From Candidatus Saccharimonadales bacterium (lineage in GTDB: Bacteria > Patescibacteriota > Saccharimonadia > Saccharimonadales > EFPC-124): DNA of 64,000 nt. Position numbers and translations under genes: made by a program. The stretch's first letter is position 1; the number at the start of each line of letters is the position of its first letter. Positions 36,033-45,297 of the stretch are shown here, one piece after another. The DNA lies in contig DASTDY010000063.1 in NCBI GenBank assembly GCA_035710125.1, positions 150,446 to 214,445 of the forward strand. Direction: 5' to 3'. The notes under the pieces were generated by a model. The model saw nothing but the letters and a program-made list of their open reading frames with translations, was not told where the DNA came from and made no database searches.

Positions 36033-36794
36033 ATGATTAATGGAGAACTAGAGCTTATTAGAATGGTCAACCCTTTTAGGAATTTATTGTACGACCTGAG
36101 AGCAGCTAAGGAGCTAAAGAACTTCGAGCGGCTACCTTTTTATGCCGAAATTTTAAACGAACAGAACACTCTAAGAGCGCGCCAGATGTTGGCGCGCGTC
36201 TATGTATCTAAGGGGGTAGTCCAGCAAAAATCGCTTACAGTGCAAGGGACGATTAGCGATTCGGTTGATCCTTACTGGCGTCAATCAATCTACTATGGTG
36301 TTTTTAGTAAAGATGATCCAGATCGTATTTTAATGACAGCCAGGCTAATAAGACCCGTTAATAGGCTTGAGTCGCTACAACTTCATTTAGACGACCTCAG
36401 TCCTGGTGTTCGAGAAAAATTACAGCAGATAGATCTTAAAAAGGTTGCGGAGTTTGCGGCCTATGTTAAAGAGCCTGGGCTTGATCCTCTTACTAGTCGT
36501 GTAGTTTCTCTTTATTTGATTCGTGAAATGGTCTGGGACTCTCGCAAGAGGGGAATTGAGACTTGGCTATTTGGAATGCGTCCTGAACTACAGAGAAAAT
36601 ACGCTCGCAACTTTGGTCCAGCGCTTCATCGTCTGGGTAAGAAGGTGCATCTAGGAAGGTTTAACGCCATTTTTGTGCCATATAAGGTTGATATAGAGGC
36701 AGCCTCACGACGACTTCAAACCTCTAGCTATTGGAGGTTGGGAAGTCGCACAGTCTCAAGTTTTATAGGGAAGGTTCACTATAAGAATCACTAA
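36033..36794 (+). CDS. GNAT-fold N-acyl amino acid synthase-like protein (FeeM/OlsB/LuxI-like), tentative
   Basis: The pattern LRARQMLARVYVSKG...DPYWRQSIYYGVF..DDPDRILMTARLI...VAEFAAYV...LYLIREMVWDSRKRGIETWLFGMRPELQRKYARNFG is colinear with N-acyltransferases of that family (recalled from memory, not searched). Confidence 0.35.
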   Translation: MINGELELIRMVNPFRNLLYDLRAAKELKNFERLPFYAEILNEQNTLRARQMLARVYVSKGVVQQKSLTVQGTISDSVDPYWRQSIYYGVFSKDDPDRILMTARLIRPVNRLESLQLHLDDLSPGVREKLQQIDLKKVAEFAAYVKEPGLDPLTSRVVSLYLIREMVWDSRKRGIETWLFGMRPELQRKYARNFGPALHRLGKKVHLGRFNAIFVPYKVDIEAASRRLQTSSYWRLGSRTVSSFIGKVHYKNH

Positions 36795-36836
36795 GCGCTC
36801 ATGGTAAAATGATCATAGGTTAACCAGGTTGATACA

Positions 36837-38993
36837 ATGTCCCTAATCATACTAATGGCACTTAGTGCGGCCTTTGGAGTTCTAGCTGCTCTATTTGCTT
36901 TGCTGCGTAATCCATCTTCAAAGATCCATCGTTGGTTGTTTCTATTGATTTTCTCTGCATGTCTTTGGGTTGTAAGCGTGAATTTACATAGTGTGGTAGG
37001 TGCTGACATCGGACTATGGCTTTTACGATTAGCGTTCGTTACAGCGTGTTTTTTGGGCTACTCTATTTTGCGGTTTTGCCAAGAGGTAAGTGGCGCAGGA
37101 GCGCACGCTGCTTCTAAAATAATTTTTGGGCTTGCAGCGTTTATTGGGATGGCCTTGAGTCTAAGTCCATGGGTAATTCAAGGGTTTTCGTCTATAGGTG
37201 ACTCTTTTCAGCCTGTTCGAGGCCCAGCTTATCTGGCGGTGATAGTAGCTATTCTTTCCCCGATTATTTATGGGGTTGTATTGTTAGACTATCGCCGTAG
37301 GCACCGAAAGGGTGTGCAAAGAATGCAACTTTGGATCATCGAGGTTGGATTAGTCATGGGCACATTCGTTGGAGTTCTTACTAACGTTCTGTTACCGAAT
37401 ATCACAAAGACAACTGACCCAAGTAGGTTTGCGTTTCTTGCCATTCTTATTTTAACCTGCAGTCTTGTTTACGCCGTTGTCCAGCATCGTTTTTTAGACA
37501 TAAGACTTACCTTAACCAGGGCCGTTGCCTATTTAACAACACTGATCACTACTGCCACGCTTTATGTGATTGCCATTTATACCATTGCACAATTTATCTT
37601 AACGAATGCAGATCAGGCAACCCGTCAAGCCATCGATATTTTAGTTGCAATTTTGGTGGCAGTCTCCTTTCATCCACTTAAAACCTTTTTTGATAGGGTG
37701 ACTAGTAAGCTTTTTTATAGAGATGCCTATGATACGAAAGAGGTTATAGACAAAATTGGAGATGTTCTTGTGGAAGAGGTAGAGATTGAGGCTTTAGCTC
37801 GTGGTTTCACAAAAATTTTAGGTCGTGCTATTAAAGCAAGTCATTTTGAGATCACCCTTTTAGACCCTAAAGATAAAATGATTCGACGTGTTCTAATGAG
37901 ACTTTCAGAATCAGATGCTGACGGTATTATTAAGGCCTTGATTAAATCGAATCGTAAGCTGGTAGTGGTGGATGAGTTAGGTAATAACCATGAGCTACAG
38001 CAAGCGCTTATATCAGCTGATATAGCTGTTGTGACTAAATTAGAGACTTCAAAGGAGCTTCTTGGCTACCTACTGGTGTCTTATAAGTCGAACGGTGCAG
38101 CCTATACCAGTCAAGATGTAGAGCTCATACGAATAGCGGGTGACGAGCTTGCCGTTGCAATGCAAAACGCCCTCCGTTTCGAAGAAATCTCCCATTTCAA
38201 CGAAAAGCTCAAACAAGAGATAGAGGAAGCCACTGCGCAGCTCCGCGATAGCAACCGTAAGCTTAAAAAGCTCGACGAAGCCAAGGACGAATTTATAAGT
38301 ATGGCTTCACATCAGTTGCGTACGCCGCTTACTAGTGTGAAGGGGTATATCTCTATGGTGATGGACGGCGATGCTGGCAAGTTGACGGGCCCTCAGCAAA
38401 AGTTGTTAGAAGAGGCTTTTATTGCCGCGCAGCGAATGGTGTACTTGATTGGCGACTTTCTAAACGTGTCTCGGCTACAAACTGGCCGTTTTATGCTTGA
38501 ACGCAAGCGTACCGATATTGCCCAGGTGGTCAACGACGAAGTTGCCCAGCTTACCAGTACGGCCGCGCGGCGGCAGATTACGGTGCAGTACCACCATCCG
38601 GTGCAGTTCCCTATTGTGTCTGTAGACGAAAACAAAATCCGCCAAGTTATTATGAATTTTATAGATAACGCTATTTTTTACTCGCGCCCAAATACTGTGG
38701 TAGACGTACTGCTGGTTAACACTGGCCGCGAGATCCGCTTTGAAGTGCACGATGCCGGTATTGGCGTGCCTCAGGCCGACAGGCACAAAGTGTTCACTAA
38801 GTTTTTCCGTGCAGAAAACGCGAGGCGGGTTCGTCCCGACGGTACTGGCATTGGATTATTCATGGCCAAAAAAGTAATTACCGCGCACGGAGGCAGCATG
38901 ATTTTTGAAACCAAAGAGCACAAGGGGAGCACGTTCGGCTTTGTGCTACCGCTAGCTGCCTTAAAACACCAGCCGGAACAGCTCAACCACTAA
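36837..38993 (+). CDS. Sensor histidine kinase with polytopic N-terminal domain
   Basis: About 7 TM helices, a central GAF-like region, a coiled coil, HisKA SHQLRTPLTSVKGY, and HATPase_c (N, G1 DAGIGV, G2 GTGIGL). Confidence 0.85.
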   Translation: MSLIILMALSAAFGVLAALFALLRNPSSKIHRWLFLLIFSACLWVVSVNLHSVVGADIGLWLLRLAFVTACFLGYSILRFCQEVSGAGAHAASKIIFGLAAFIGMALSLSPWVIQGFSSIGDSFQPVRGPAYLAVIVAILSPIIYGVVLLDYRRRHRKGVQRMQLWIIEVGLVMGTFVGVLTNVLLPNITKTTDPSRFAFLAILILTCSLVYAVVQHRFLDIRLTLTRAVAYLTTLITTATLYVIAIYTIAQFILTNADQATRQAIDILVAILVAVSFHPLKTFFDRVTSKLFYRDAYDTKEVIDKIGDVLVEEVEIEALARGFTKILGRAIKASHFEITLLDPKDKMIRRVLMRLSESDADGIIKALIKSNRKLVVVDELGNNHELQQALISADIAVVTKLETSKELLGYLLVSYKSNGAAYTSQDVELIRIAGDELAVAMQNALRFEEISHFNEKLKQEIEEATAQLRDSNRKLKKLDEAKDEFISMASHQLRTPLTSVKGYISMVMDGDAGKLTGPQQKLLEEAFIAAQRMVYLIGDFLNVSRLQTGRFMLERKRTDIAQVVNDEVAQLTSTAARRQITVQYHHPVQFPIVSVDENKIRQVIMNFIDNAIFYSRPNTVVDVLLVNTGREIRFEVHDAGIGVPQADRHKVFTKFFRAENARRVRPDGTGIGLFMAKKVITAHGGSMIFETKEHKGSTFGFVLPLAALKHQPEQLNH

Positions 38994-39176
38994 AAAGCTC
39001 ACGACAAAAATCGCCCCAACAATAATTGCAACTATTTTTACGGTTTGCTTGTGGGTGTGCCACCATTCTCCCAAGGGAGACCGCTGTACGGCAACGTAGC
39101 GGTGGACATTTGGCTTGGTCGGGGCAGCGTCGGCTCCGGTGTAGGGTTTATTGCGCTTTTTTTGCTTACGACTCAT
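38961..39176 (-). CDS. Small basic tail-anchored membrane protein
   Basis: 71 aa with TATAAT and AAAGAG upstream. C-terminal TM helix IVAIIVGAIFVVSFLVV. The 3' end overlaps the kinase gene. Confidence 0.45.
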   Translation of the reverse strand: MSRKQKKRNKPYTGADAAPTKPNVHRYVAVQRSPLGEWWHTHKQTVKIVAIIVGAIFVVSFLVVELFRLVF

Positions 39177-39193
39177 AACTCTTTAATTATAGC

Positions 39194-39226
39194 AAAACCG
39201 CCTACGTTTTTATTGCAGGCGGTTTT
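39194..39226 (-). terminator. Terminator hairpin after the LPXTG protein gene
   Basis: AAAACCGCCT / AGGCGGTTTT 10-bp stem with a 13-nt loop. U-rich 3' arm on either strand. Confidence 0.6.
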
Positions 39227-39252
39227 GACGGGTTGAGCGGTCAGCTGGTTAG

Positions 39253-40599
39253 TTAGCGTTTAAGAACTACATCTAGCAAGTTGCGGCGGGAGTTGCGGTA
39301 GTACATACCTGCACCAGCGATGCTGCTTAGGCCTAGGGCGCTACCAATGATTTCGGCAGGGCCAGTGCTTGGCAGAACGTAGCAGCCTTCCATGCCTGGA
39401 GTGTTTTCACAGGTTTTTGGTGGTTGGCATTCAGGTGCGTTAGGGGTGTCGGCGCAGGTCTTAGGTGGTTGGCACTCAGGAGCGTTTGGCTTGTCGGCGC
39501 AAGTTTCTTTGTTGATCTTGATAGTTGCAGTACAAGCCTTAACTTCTTGGGTAGTGCCTTCTTTGTAAGTCAGGTAAGCCTTAACAGTGTATTCTTTGTC
39601 TTCTTTGTATTCGTGTTCGGTGGTAACAGTTTGGTTGTTGCCTTTAAGGTCGGCAGCCGTTTGGCCGTCGCCAAAGTCGAACTTGGCAGATACAAAGGTG
39701 GCGTTTTCGCTTTTGCCTTTTACAGTAAAGCTGTATTTGGTGCGGGTAAGTTGCTTGTAGCTAAGGTTGTCGCACACGAACACTGGTTTTGGTGGTTCTG
39801 GTACTTCAACTGGTTTAGTACATTCAGCACGGGTGTCGCTTTTTTCTTGGCCGTTTACGTTAAAATATACGGTTGCTTTAGCGGTAAATTTACCAGGCTT
39901 GTAGGTGTGGGTAACTTTTTGGCCAAAGTTGCTAGTAACAGTTTGGCTGTTGCCGTCGCCAAAGTCGTACACAATTTTAGTGACGGTTGAGTTTTTAGTG
40001 GCAGGGGTAGCAACAAAGTTGTAGGTGGTGTCGTTAACCTTTTCTTTGTTTAGCATCTGGCATTTGTAGCCGGCGCTGTCGCCCCATAGTGGGTTACCAC
40101 AGTCAGTTAGAGCGGCAAATTTAAGGCTGTGGTCATCGTTTAGCAATACATAAGCAGACAGGGCATTGCTACCAAAGGCGGTGTTGTTGTAGCCCCAGTA
40201 GTAGGGTTTGCCATTAATAACAATGGTGTGGTTGTTGCCGCCACCACTGTTGCGGCCTAGGCTTGCGCTATTTGTGGCAACAAGAGTGCCGTCGTCGAGT
40301 ACAAGGCGGCCGTCTTTATAGGCGGTGGCGTGTTTAGCATTTGCGGCGAATTCGCTCATGTTGCTAATACCATAGCCATTTGTAAATGCGTTGTTGTAGA
40401 TGGTTTGGATTTCGCCATTTACCTTACCGGCTAGGTCGCCAGGTGTGGTGTAGCCACAACGAACAACGCTGTTGTCGCTACAGTCGGCGGCTACTGCGGG
40501 GCGCTGGTTTGCAATATTAAAACCGGCGACTCCAATAATAGCTAATGCGATTGCAGGCACCAGCATTTTCGGACTAAAAAGATGCTTCAGGAAATTCAC
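39253..40599 (-). CDS. LPXTG-anchored surface protein with two PKD-like domains and a Cys-rich tandem repeat
   Basis: Signal anchor; VYDFGDGNSQ...THTYKPGKFTAKATVYF and KFDFGDGQTA...EHEYKEDKEYTVKAYLTY; sorting signal LPSTG + hydrophobic segment + RNSRRN. Confidence 0.8.
   Translation of the reverse strand: MNFLKHLFSPKMLVPAIALAIIGVAGFNIANQRPAVAADCSDNSVVRCGYTTPGDLAGKVNGEIQTIYNNAFTNGYGISNMSEFAANAKHATAYKDGRLVLDDGTLVATNSASLGRNSGGGNNHTIVINGKPYYWGYNNTAFGSNALSAYVLLNDDHSLKFAALTDCGNPLWGDSAGYKCQMLNKEKVNDTTYNFVATPATKNSTVTKIVYDFGDGNSQTVTSNFGQKVTHTYKPGKFTAKATVYFNVNGQEKSDTRAECTKPVEVPEPPKPVFVCDNLSYKQLTRTKYSFTVKGKSENATFVSAKFDFGDGQTAADLKGNNQTVTTEHEYKEDKEYTVKAYLTYKEGTTQEVKACTATIKINKETCADKPNAPECQPPKTCADTPNAPECQPPKTCENTPGMEGCYVLPSTGPAEIIGSALGLSSIAGAGMYYRNSRRNLLDVVLKR
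39412..39501 (-). repeat. 2 x 45-bp tandem coding repeat (CAD[K/T]PNAPECQPPKT), with a degenerate third unit at 39385-39411
   Basis: Direct reading of the DNA and the translated repeat. Confidence 0.85.
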
Positions 40600-40630
40600 C
40601 TATGTTCTCCTCTCATTAAAACTCACTTGT

Positions 40631-40646
40631 TTTGTATATTAACACA
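40631..40646. promoter_or_regulatory. Possible SOS-box-like palindrome (TGT-N10-ACA) in the umuD / LPXTG-gene intergenic region
   Basis: TTGTATATTAACACAA resembles the CTGT-N8-ACAG LexA-box architecture. Single occurrence, AT-rich context. Confidence 0.25.
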
Positions 40647-40731
40647 AATTTTACAAACAGTCAACCGTGCTTATGTCTTTTTGCACATTTTTCCACAGGT
40701 TTACCTCTGATGTGTCATAATATAACTACGC

Positions 40732-41139
40732 ATGAAAAAAAGATTGACAAAGTTATCTACCTTAATGGGCACCCCTGTTAAGGCAGGGTTCCCAAATCCG
40801 GCAGAAGACGCGCCAGGAATAGCCTTAGATTTAAATGAATTAATGGTGCCAAACCCAGTTAGCACTTATTATTTGCGTGTAGAGGGTGATTCTATGACTG
40901 GCGCTGGCATAACATCGGGCGATATAGTAGTGGTAGATAAGTCGTTAGAACCTAAAAATGGCGACATAGTCATAGCCGCTATAGATGGCGACTTTACCAT
41001 TAAGCATTTAAAGCGCGAGGGCAGCCAAAAAGCTTGGTTGGTTGCTGCAAACCCCAATTACACTCCTATTGCCCTACACGAGGCAGCAGACGCTGTGCTT
41101 TGGGGTGTGGTTACTTTTGTGATCCACAGCACTCGCTAA
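40732..41139 (+). CDS. umuD: UmuD-like S24 peptidase (translesion polymerase accessory subunit)
   Basis: Cleavage-site context VKAGFPNPAED (compare UmuD CGFPSPA), GDSM serine, and a lysine in FTIKHLKRE. No N-terminal HTH. Confidence 0.75.
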   Translation: MKKRLTKLSTLMGTPVKAGFPNPAEDAPGIALDLNELMVPNPVSTYYLRVEGDSMTGAGITSGDIVVVDKSLEPKNGDIVIAAIDGDFTIKHLKREGSQKAWLVAANPNYTPIALHEAADAVLWGVVTFVIHSTR

Positions 41140-41177
41140 TCATACTGCCGATAAGTTAAGTGGGTTATACTATAATT

Positions 41178-41666
41178 ATGTCAATAATTATAAACAGCTC
41201 AAAACAACATATAGTAGATTTTTTAGACAGACATCACGACGGGGTATTGGCTACAGTAGATGCTTCTGGCCAGCCCCATGCCGCGACAGTATACTTTACT
41301 TGCGACCGTGAGCAAACCCTTTATTTTGTAACAAAAAAAGAAACTCAAAAAAGCCGCAATATCCAGCAGAACGCCAAGGCCGCCATTGCTATCCACGACG
41401 TGCCGACCCTCACAACCCTACAGGCGGAAGGTACCATTAGCGAAGTCACAGACCCGCAACAACAAGAGTGGGTGTTTAATGATATTTGGCGGATCGCGTT
41501 TCGTTCTGGGCAAAATGGCCCACCCCCGTCGCAGATATTGGCAGGCGGCTATGTAGTGTACCGTTTTATGGCGCCGACGCTTCGGCTTGCACGCTTTAAT
41601 ACGACAGATCCAAACACAGTGGGTGAAAGTATATTTGAAGTCACCCATACAACGCCAACGCTATAA
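41178..41666 (+). CDS. Pyridoxamine 5'-phosphate oxidase-like FMN-binding protein
   Basis: HDGVLATVDASGQPHAATVYFTCD...LYFVTKKETQKSRNIQQNAKAAIAI. Confidence 0.6.
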   Translation: MSIIINSSKQHIVDFLDRHHDGVLATVDASGQPHAATVYFTCDREQTLYFVTKKETQKSRNIQQNAKAAIAIHDVPTLTTLQAEGTISEVTDPQQQEWVFNDIWRIAFRSGQNGPPPSQILAGGYVVYRFMAPTLRLARFNTTDPNTVGESIFEVTHTTPTL

Positions 41667-41682
41667 AAAGGAGAAAGAAAGT

Positions 41683-42132
41683 ATGAAGCACGAACAAGAA
41701 ATTATTGAATACATCCAGGCTAACCCTGTAATGGTTTTAAGCACTGTAGATGACCTTGGTATGCCGCACGGGGCCGCTGTATATGCCTACGTTAAGTCTG
41801 CTAAAAAAGTATACTGTATTACTAAGACTGACACGCGCAAGTTCCAAAATCTGCGTGCCAACCCGCATGTTGCGATAACCATTGTGAACTCAGAAGAAAA
41901 CAGCAGCCTGCAAGCTACTGGCCATGCCGGAACTGTGCAGGATGCCGCAGAACTAGAAGATGTGATGGGGCAGATGGCAAAAATTTACGCCAAGAGTCCT
42001 GACTGGTTACCGCCTATCGCAAAGCTGCGGGCAGGCCCCTATCAGGTGGTCGGAATTACATTAAAGGATGTAAGGTTGGCTCGGTATTTAAAGGAGCACC
42101 CAGGAAGTAAAGCTATTTTTAAGGAGGCGTAG
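41683..42132 (+). CDS. Pyridoxamine 5'-phosphate oxidase-like FMN-binding protein
   Basis: NPVMVLSTVDDLGMPHGAAVYAYV...VYCITKTDTRKFQNLRANPHVAITI. AAAGGAG lies before ATG 41683, so the ORF-track start 41587 is too early. Confidence 0.6.
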   Translation: MKHEQEIIEYIQANPVMVLSTVDDLGMPHGAAVYAYVKSAKKVYCITKTDTRKFQNLRANPHVAITIVNSEENSSLQATGHAGTVQDAAELEDVMGQMAKIYAKSPDWLPPIAKLRAGPYQVVGITLKDVRLARYLKEHPGSKAIFKEA

Positions 42133-42135
42133 TAC

Positions 42136-42921
42136 ATGGAAACGGTACCACACAATAATCTTTTAGACCTAAAAGGTAAGACAGCCATTGTAACAGGGGG
42201 TGGAGTGGGCATTGGTTTTGGCATTGTGTATCGGTTTGCCGAAGCAGGTGCAAACGTGGTAGTCGCCGATATTAGCCAGGCTAACTTAGACGAAGCAAAA
42301 TCGAAACTAGAAACCAAAGGTTGGCACGTTGCCTATACCGTGGCCGACGTCTCGAAAGAAGAAGATGTTGTGGCCATGTGTCAGACTGCCGTTGATACTT
42401 TTGGCACGTTAGATATTTTGGTAAATAATGCCGGCATTTATCCCATTAAGCCGGTTGCCCAGCTAAGCACCAAAGAGTTTGATAGGGTAATTGCGGTTAA
42501 CCTGCGTAGCGTATTCATGGCTACACAAGCCGCGACCAAGCACATGATTGCCGGTGGCAAGGGTGGGAAGATCATTAACATTACATCTATAGATGCCCTG
42601 CATCCCTCTATGGTTGGCCTTGCGCCATACGATTCTTCTAAGCATGGCGTGTGGGGTTTCACAAAGAATGTTGCGTTAGAGCTTGCGCCGCATAATATTT
42701 GGGTTAACGCTATCGCACCTGGTGGAATAAATACCCCCGGTACAGGATCGCAAGATGGTAAGCCCGCTCCTGGCATGGAGGCCTTTATGGCAAAAATACC
42801 CATGAAACGTTTTGGGCATATAGATGAAATCGGTAAAGCAGCCTTGTTTTTGGCGTCTGACATGTCTTCTTACATGACTGGGGCCCAGGTAGTTGTAGAT
42901 GGTGGCGTGTTGTTAAGCTAG
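42136..42921 (+). CDS. Short-chain dehydrogenase/reductase (SDR)
   Basis: GKTAIVTGGGVGIGFG, NNAG, catalytic YDSSKHGV, PGGINTP. Confidence 0.85.
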   Translation: METVPHNNLLDLKGKTAIVTGGGVGIGFGIVYRFAEAGANVVVADISQANLDEAKSKLETKGWHVAYTVADVSKEEDVVAMCQTAVDTFGTLDILVNNAGIYPIKPVAQLSTKEFDRVIAVNLRSVFMATQAATKHMIAGGKGGKIINITSIDALHPSMVGLAPYDSSKHGVWGFTKNVALELAPHNIWVNAIAPGGINTPGTGSQDGKPAPGMEAFMAKIPMKRFGHIDEIGKAALFLASDMSSYMTGAQVVVDGGVLLS

Positions 42922-42961
42922 TATTTCTGTTTGCGGTGTCACGGGGCGTATAATACGGGGC

Positions 42962-43393
42962 ATGGAAAACACAGAATCTCTAGTCCGTAATTATCTCAAA
43001 AGGCCCGAAGTCCAGGTAATGCAGCTGGCCACTGTGCGTGATGGCCAGCCTTGGGTGTGTACTGTCCATTTTTGGGCAGACGACAGCATGAGTTTTTATT
43101 GGGTAAGTAATCCTGAAACCCGCCATAGCCAAGAAATCGAAGATGGCTGCAAAGCGGCAATTGCTGTCGTGGTAAACTCGGTCGGTAAACCTATTGGCAT
43201 CCAAGCCGAGGGTGACGCATACTTGGTGGAAGACATGGCCGAACTGCAACGAGGTGCTGCTGGTTGGGCCTCCCGCCATAACCGTTCAACTGATTTGGGC
43301 GTTAAAAGGCTATACAAATTTGCCCCTAGGCTTGTTACCTTGTTTGATACACAAAGCTTCCCGCAGGATCCCCGTAAAGTATGGCATCTGTAA
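42962..43393 (+). CDS. Pyridoxamine 5'-phosphate oxidase-like protein (third paralog)
   Basis: VMQLATVRDGQPWVCTVHFWADDSMSFYWVSNPETRHSQEI. Confidence 0.55.
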   Translation: MENTESLVRNYLKRPEVQVMQLATVRDGQPWVCTVHFWADDSMSFYWVSNPETRHSQEIEDGCKAAIAVVVNSVGKPIGIQAEGDAYLVEDMAELQRGAAGWASRHNRSTDLGVKRLYKFAPRLVTLFDTQSFPQDPRKVWHL

Positions 43394-44658
43394 AACCAGT
43401 ATTTGCATTGGTGGACTGCAATAATTTTTTTGCCAGCTGCGAGCGGGTATTCCGGCCAGATTTATGGGATAAACCTGTGGCGGTGCTCAGCAACAACGAT
43501 GCCTGTATTGTTGCCCGTAGCAACGAAGTAAAAGAGCTAGGTGTCTATACTGGCCAACCTTACTTTAAGGTGCGTGATGTCTTAGCTGAACATAAGGTGC
43601 ATTTATTTTCGGCCAATTTTGGTATGTACGGCGATTTTTCGCAGCGTGTAGTGCAAATGCTGCAACAAGAATCACCAGATATAGAGGTGTATTCGGTAGA
43701 TGAATCATTTTTAGAAATCTCGCATCTACCTATTAAGGACTACGAAGAGTGGGGAAGGCGGCTGAGCCAAAAAGTATACCAATGGACCGGCCTGCCGGTT
43801 TCGGTGGGTATTGGCTCTACTAAAACACTCGCTAAGGCGGCAGCTGACTATACAAAAAAGCATCCAGAAAAAAACGGAGCATTTTCTGTTGTTAATAACG
43901 AAGAAGAGCGCATTAGGCTACTAAAATGGCTGCCGACTAGCCATGTTTGGGGTGTGGGCTGGCGTACCACGCCAAAACTTGCGGCTCGGGGTGTAACTAC
44001 AGCTTACGATTTAACGCAGGTGAGTTTACAGTGGGCTCAAGAGCAGCTAACTATTAGGGGTGTGCGCACAATCCGCGAATTACTTGGCGAGAGTTGTTAT
44101 GGCCTTGACACCTCACCCGAACCACAGCAATCTATTGCCCGCACCAGGACGTTTGGCCACACTGTTCGCGACTATTACCAGCTAGAAGGCGCAATTGCTA
44201 CCTTTGCCGCCAAAGCCGCTGCTAAATTGCGCCAGCAAAAAGAGGTAGCGGGCGAGGTAATGACATTTTTGCGCAGTCCAAAACACGCCGAGGTACGCGC
44301 TGGCGGTTCGCATATAGTTAAGCTTCAGCAGCCAAGTGCAGATACGGGTGCGATTATTACAGCCGCATTACAGGCGCTGAACCAGGTGTACGACCCTGAG
44401 TTTGGCTATAACAGGGCAGGCGTGGTGCTTTTGAACCTTGGAACTTCCCAGCAATTAGCGCTTAGCACAGACGTGCAAAAGCTTAGCCGTAACGCTACTT
44501 TAATGAAAACGGTAGATGGTATAAACCGGCGTTTTGGCACACGCCTTGTCCGCCACGCAAGTGAGCATGTGGAGGCAACAAACTGGCATAGCAAAAGGGA
44601 GTTGTGCAGCCCTGCATATACCACAAATTGGCGGCAATTACGTACGGTGCATGCGTAG
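43381..44658 (+). CDS. umuC: Y-family DNA polymerase UmuC-like
   Basis: FALVDCNNFFASCERVFRPDL..KPVAVLSNNDACIVARS, SVDESFLE, GIGSTKTLAK. Overlaps the preceding gene by 13 nt. Confidence 0.8.
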   Translation: MASVKPVFALVDCNNFFASCERVFRPDLWDKPVAVLSNNDACIVARSNEVKELGVYTGQPYFKVRDVLAEHKVHLFSANFGMYGDFSQRVVQMLQQESPDIEVYSVDESFLEISHLPIKDYEEWGRRLSQKVYQWTGLPVSVGIGSTKTLAKAAADYTKKHPEKNGAFSVVNNEEERIRLLKWLPTSHVWGVGWRTTPKLAARGVTTAYDLTQVSLQWAQEQLTIRGVRTIRELLGESCYGLDTSPEPQQSIARTRTFGHTVRDYYQLEGAIATFAAKAAAKLRQQKEVAGEVMTFLRSPKHAEVRAGGSHIVKLQQPSADTGAIITAALQALNQVYDPEFGYNRAGVVLLNLGTSQQLALSTDVQKLSRNATLMKTVDGINRRFGTRLVRHASEHVEATNWHSKRELCSPAYTTNWRQLRTVHA

Positions 44659-44695
44659 GTGTGTCTGGCGCGGACACACTCGTTAGATTTTTTGC

Positions 44696-45154
44696 TTAGA
44701 TTTTGATGTTAGGGATTCGACCGCTTCGGGCCAAGCGGCAAAGCACTACTCTATCCCTACAACCGAAGAGCCTGATGAGCTTGGTGATTTGATCGTCGAC
44801 ATACCGACGCTTCAGATTCAAATCCAGGGCGATTTTTCTGGCCCGGTCACCCTTGCCAAGTGCCGTCAGGATCGTCATCTGCTCTTCGTCTAGGACGATG
44901 TGATTAAAGCTTTTGACCTCGCTCAAGGGGTTAAGCGGATCCCCAGGTTCGGCGGAATCCAGGTCGTCGAAGACAAGCCCACGGTCTTCTGCATTTTTAA
45001 CGGCTGCGGCAGTACAGTCGGCGTCGAGTTCGGAGTAGACGTTAGCCAGACGGTAGTTGACCTGCCTTTCGCTGAGACCTGTCTCTTTGGCGACCTCTCT
45101 TGCGGTAAGACCTCGCGCTTTAAGCCTGAGACACAGAAATTCTTCGTCGTTCAC
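44696..45154 (-). CDS. Protein with two LuxR/GerE-type HTH modules, G+C-rich
   Basis: EEFLCLRLKARGLTAREVAKETGLSERQVNYRLANVYSEL and EEQMTILTALGKGDRARKIALDLNLKRRYVDDQITKLIRLFG. Confidence 0.5.
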   Translation of the reverse strand: MNDEEFLCLRLKARGLTAREVAKETGLSERQVNYRLANVYSELDADCTAAAVKNAEDRGLVFDDLDSAEPGDPLNPLSEVKSFNHIVLDEEQMTILTALGKGDRARKIALDLNLKRRYVDDQITKLIRLFGCRDRVVLCRLARSGRIPNIKI

Positions 45155-45233
45155 TGTACAGCTTTCTCCAAGATGTACGTCCGCGCCAGAATTTACACTA
45201 AAGGATTATGCGGCAAAGAGCAAACTTGATCGG

Positions 45234-45261
45234 TTGACAAAAAAATGTGTAACATTATACT
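45234..45261 (+). promoter_or_regulatory. Near-consensus sigma-70-type promoter for 45298..45897
   Basis: TTGACA, 16 nt, then TATACT in an AT-rich divergent region. AAAGGAG RBS at 45287-45293. Confidence 0.5.
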
Positions 45262-45297
45262 ATAGCCGATCACTGTTTTTGCTGCAAAAGGAGTAGT

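Noticed and set aside
40628-40660. Shared TTTGTATATTA / TACAAACAG strings between the umuD upstream region and the hairpin at 49040-49065
   Set aside because: An 11-mer match between two AT-rich sites is expected by chance many times in a 64-kb all-against-all comparison, and the two contexts are unrelated.
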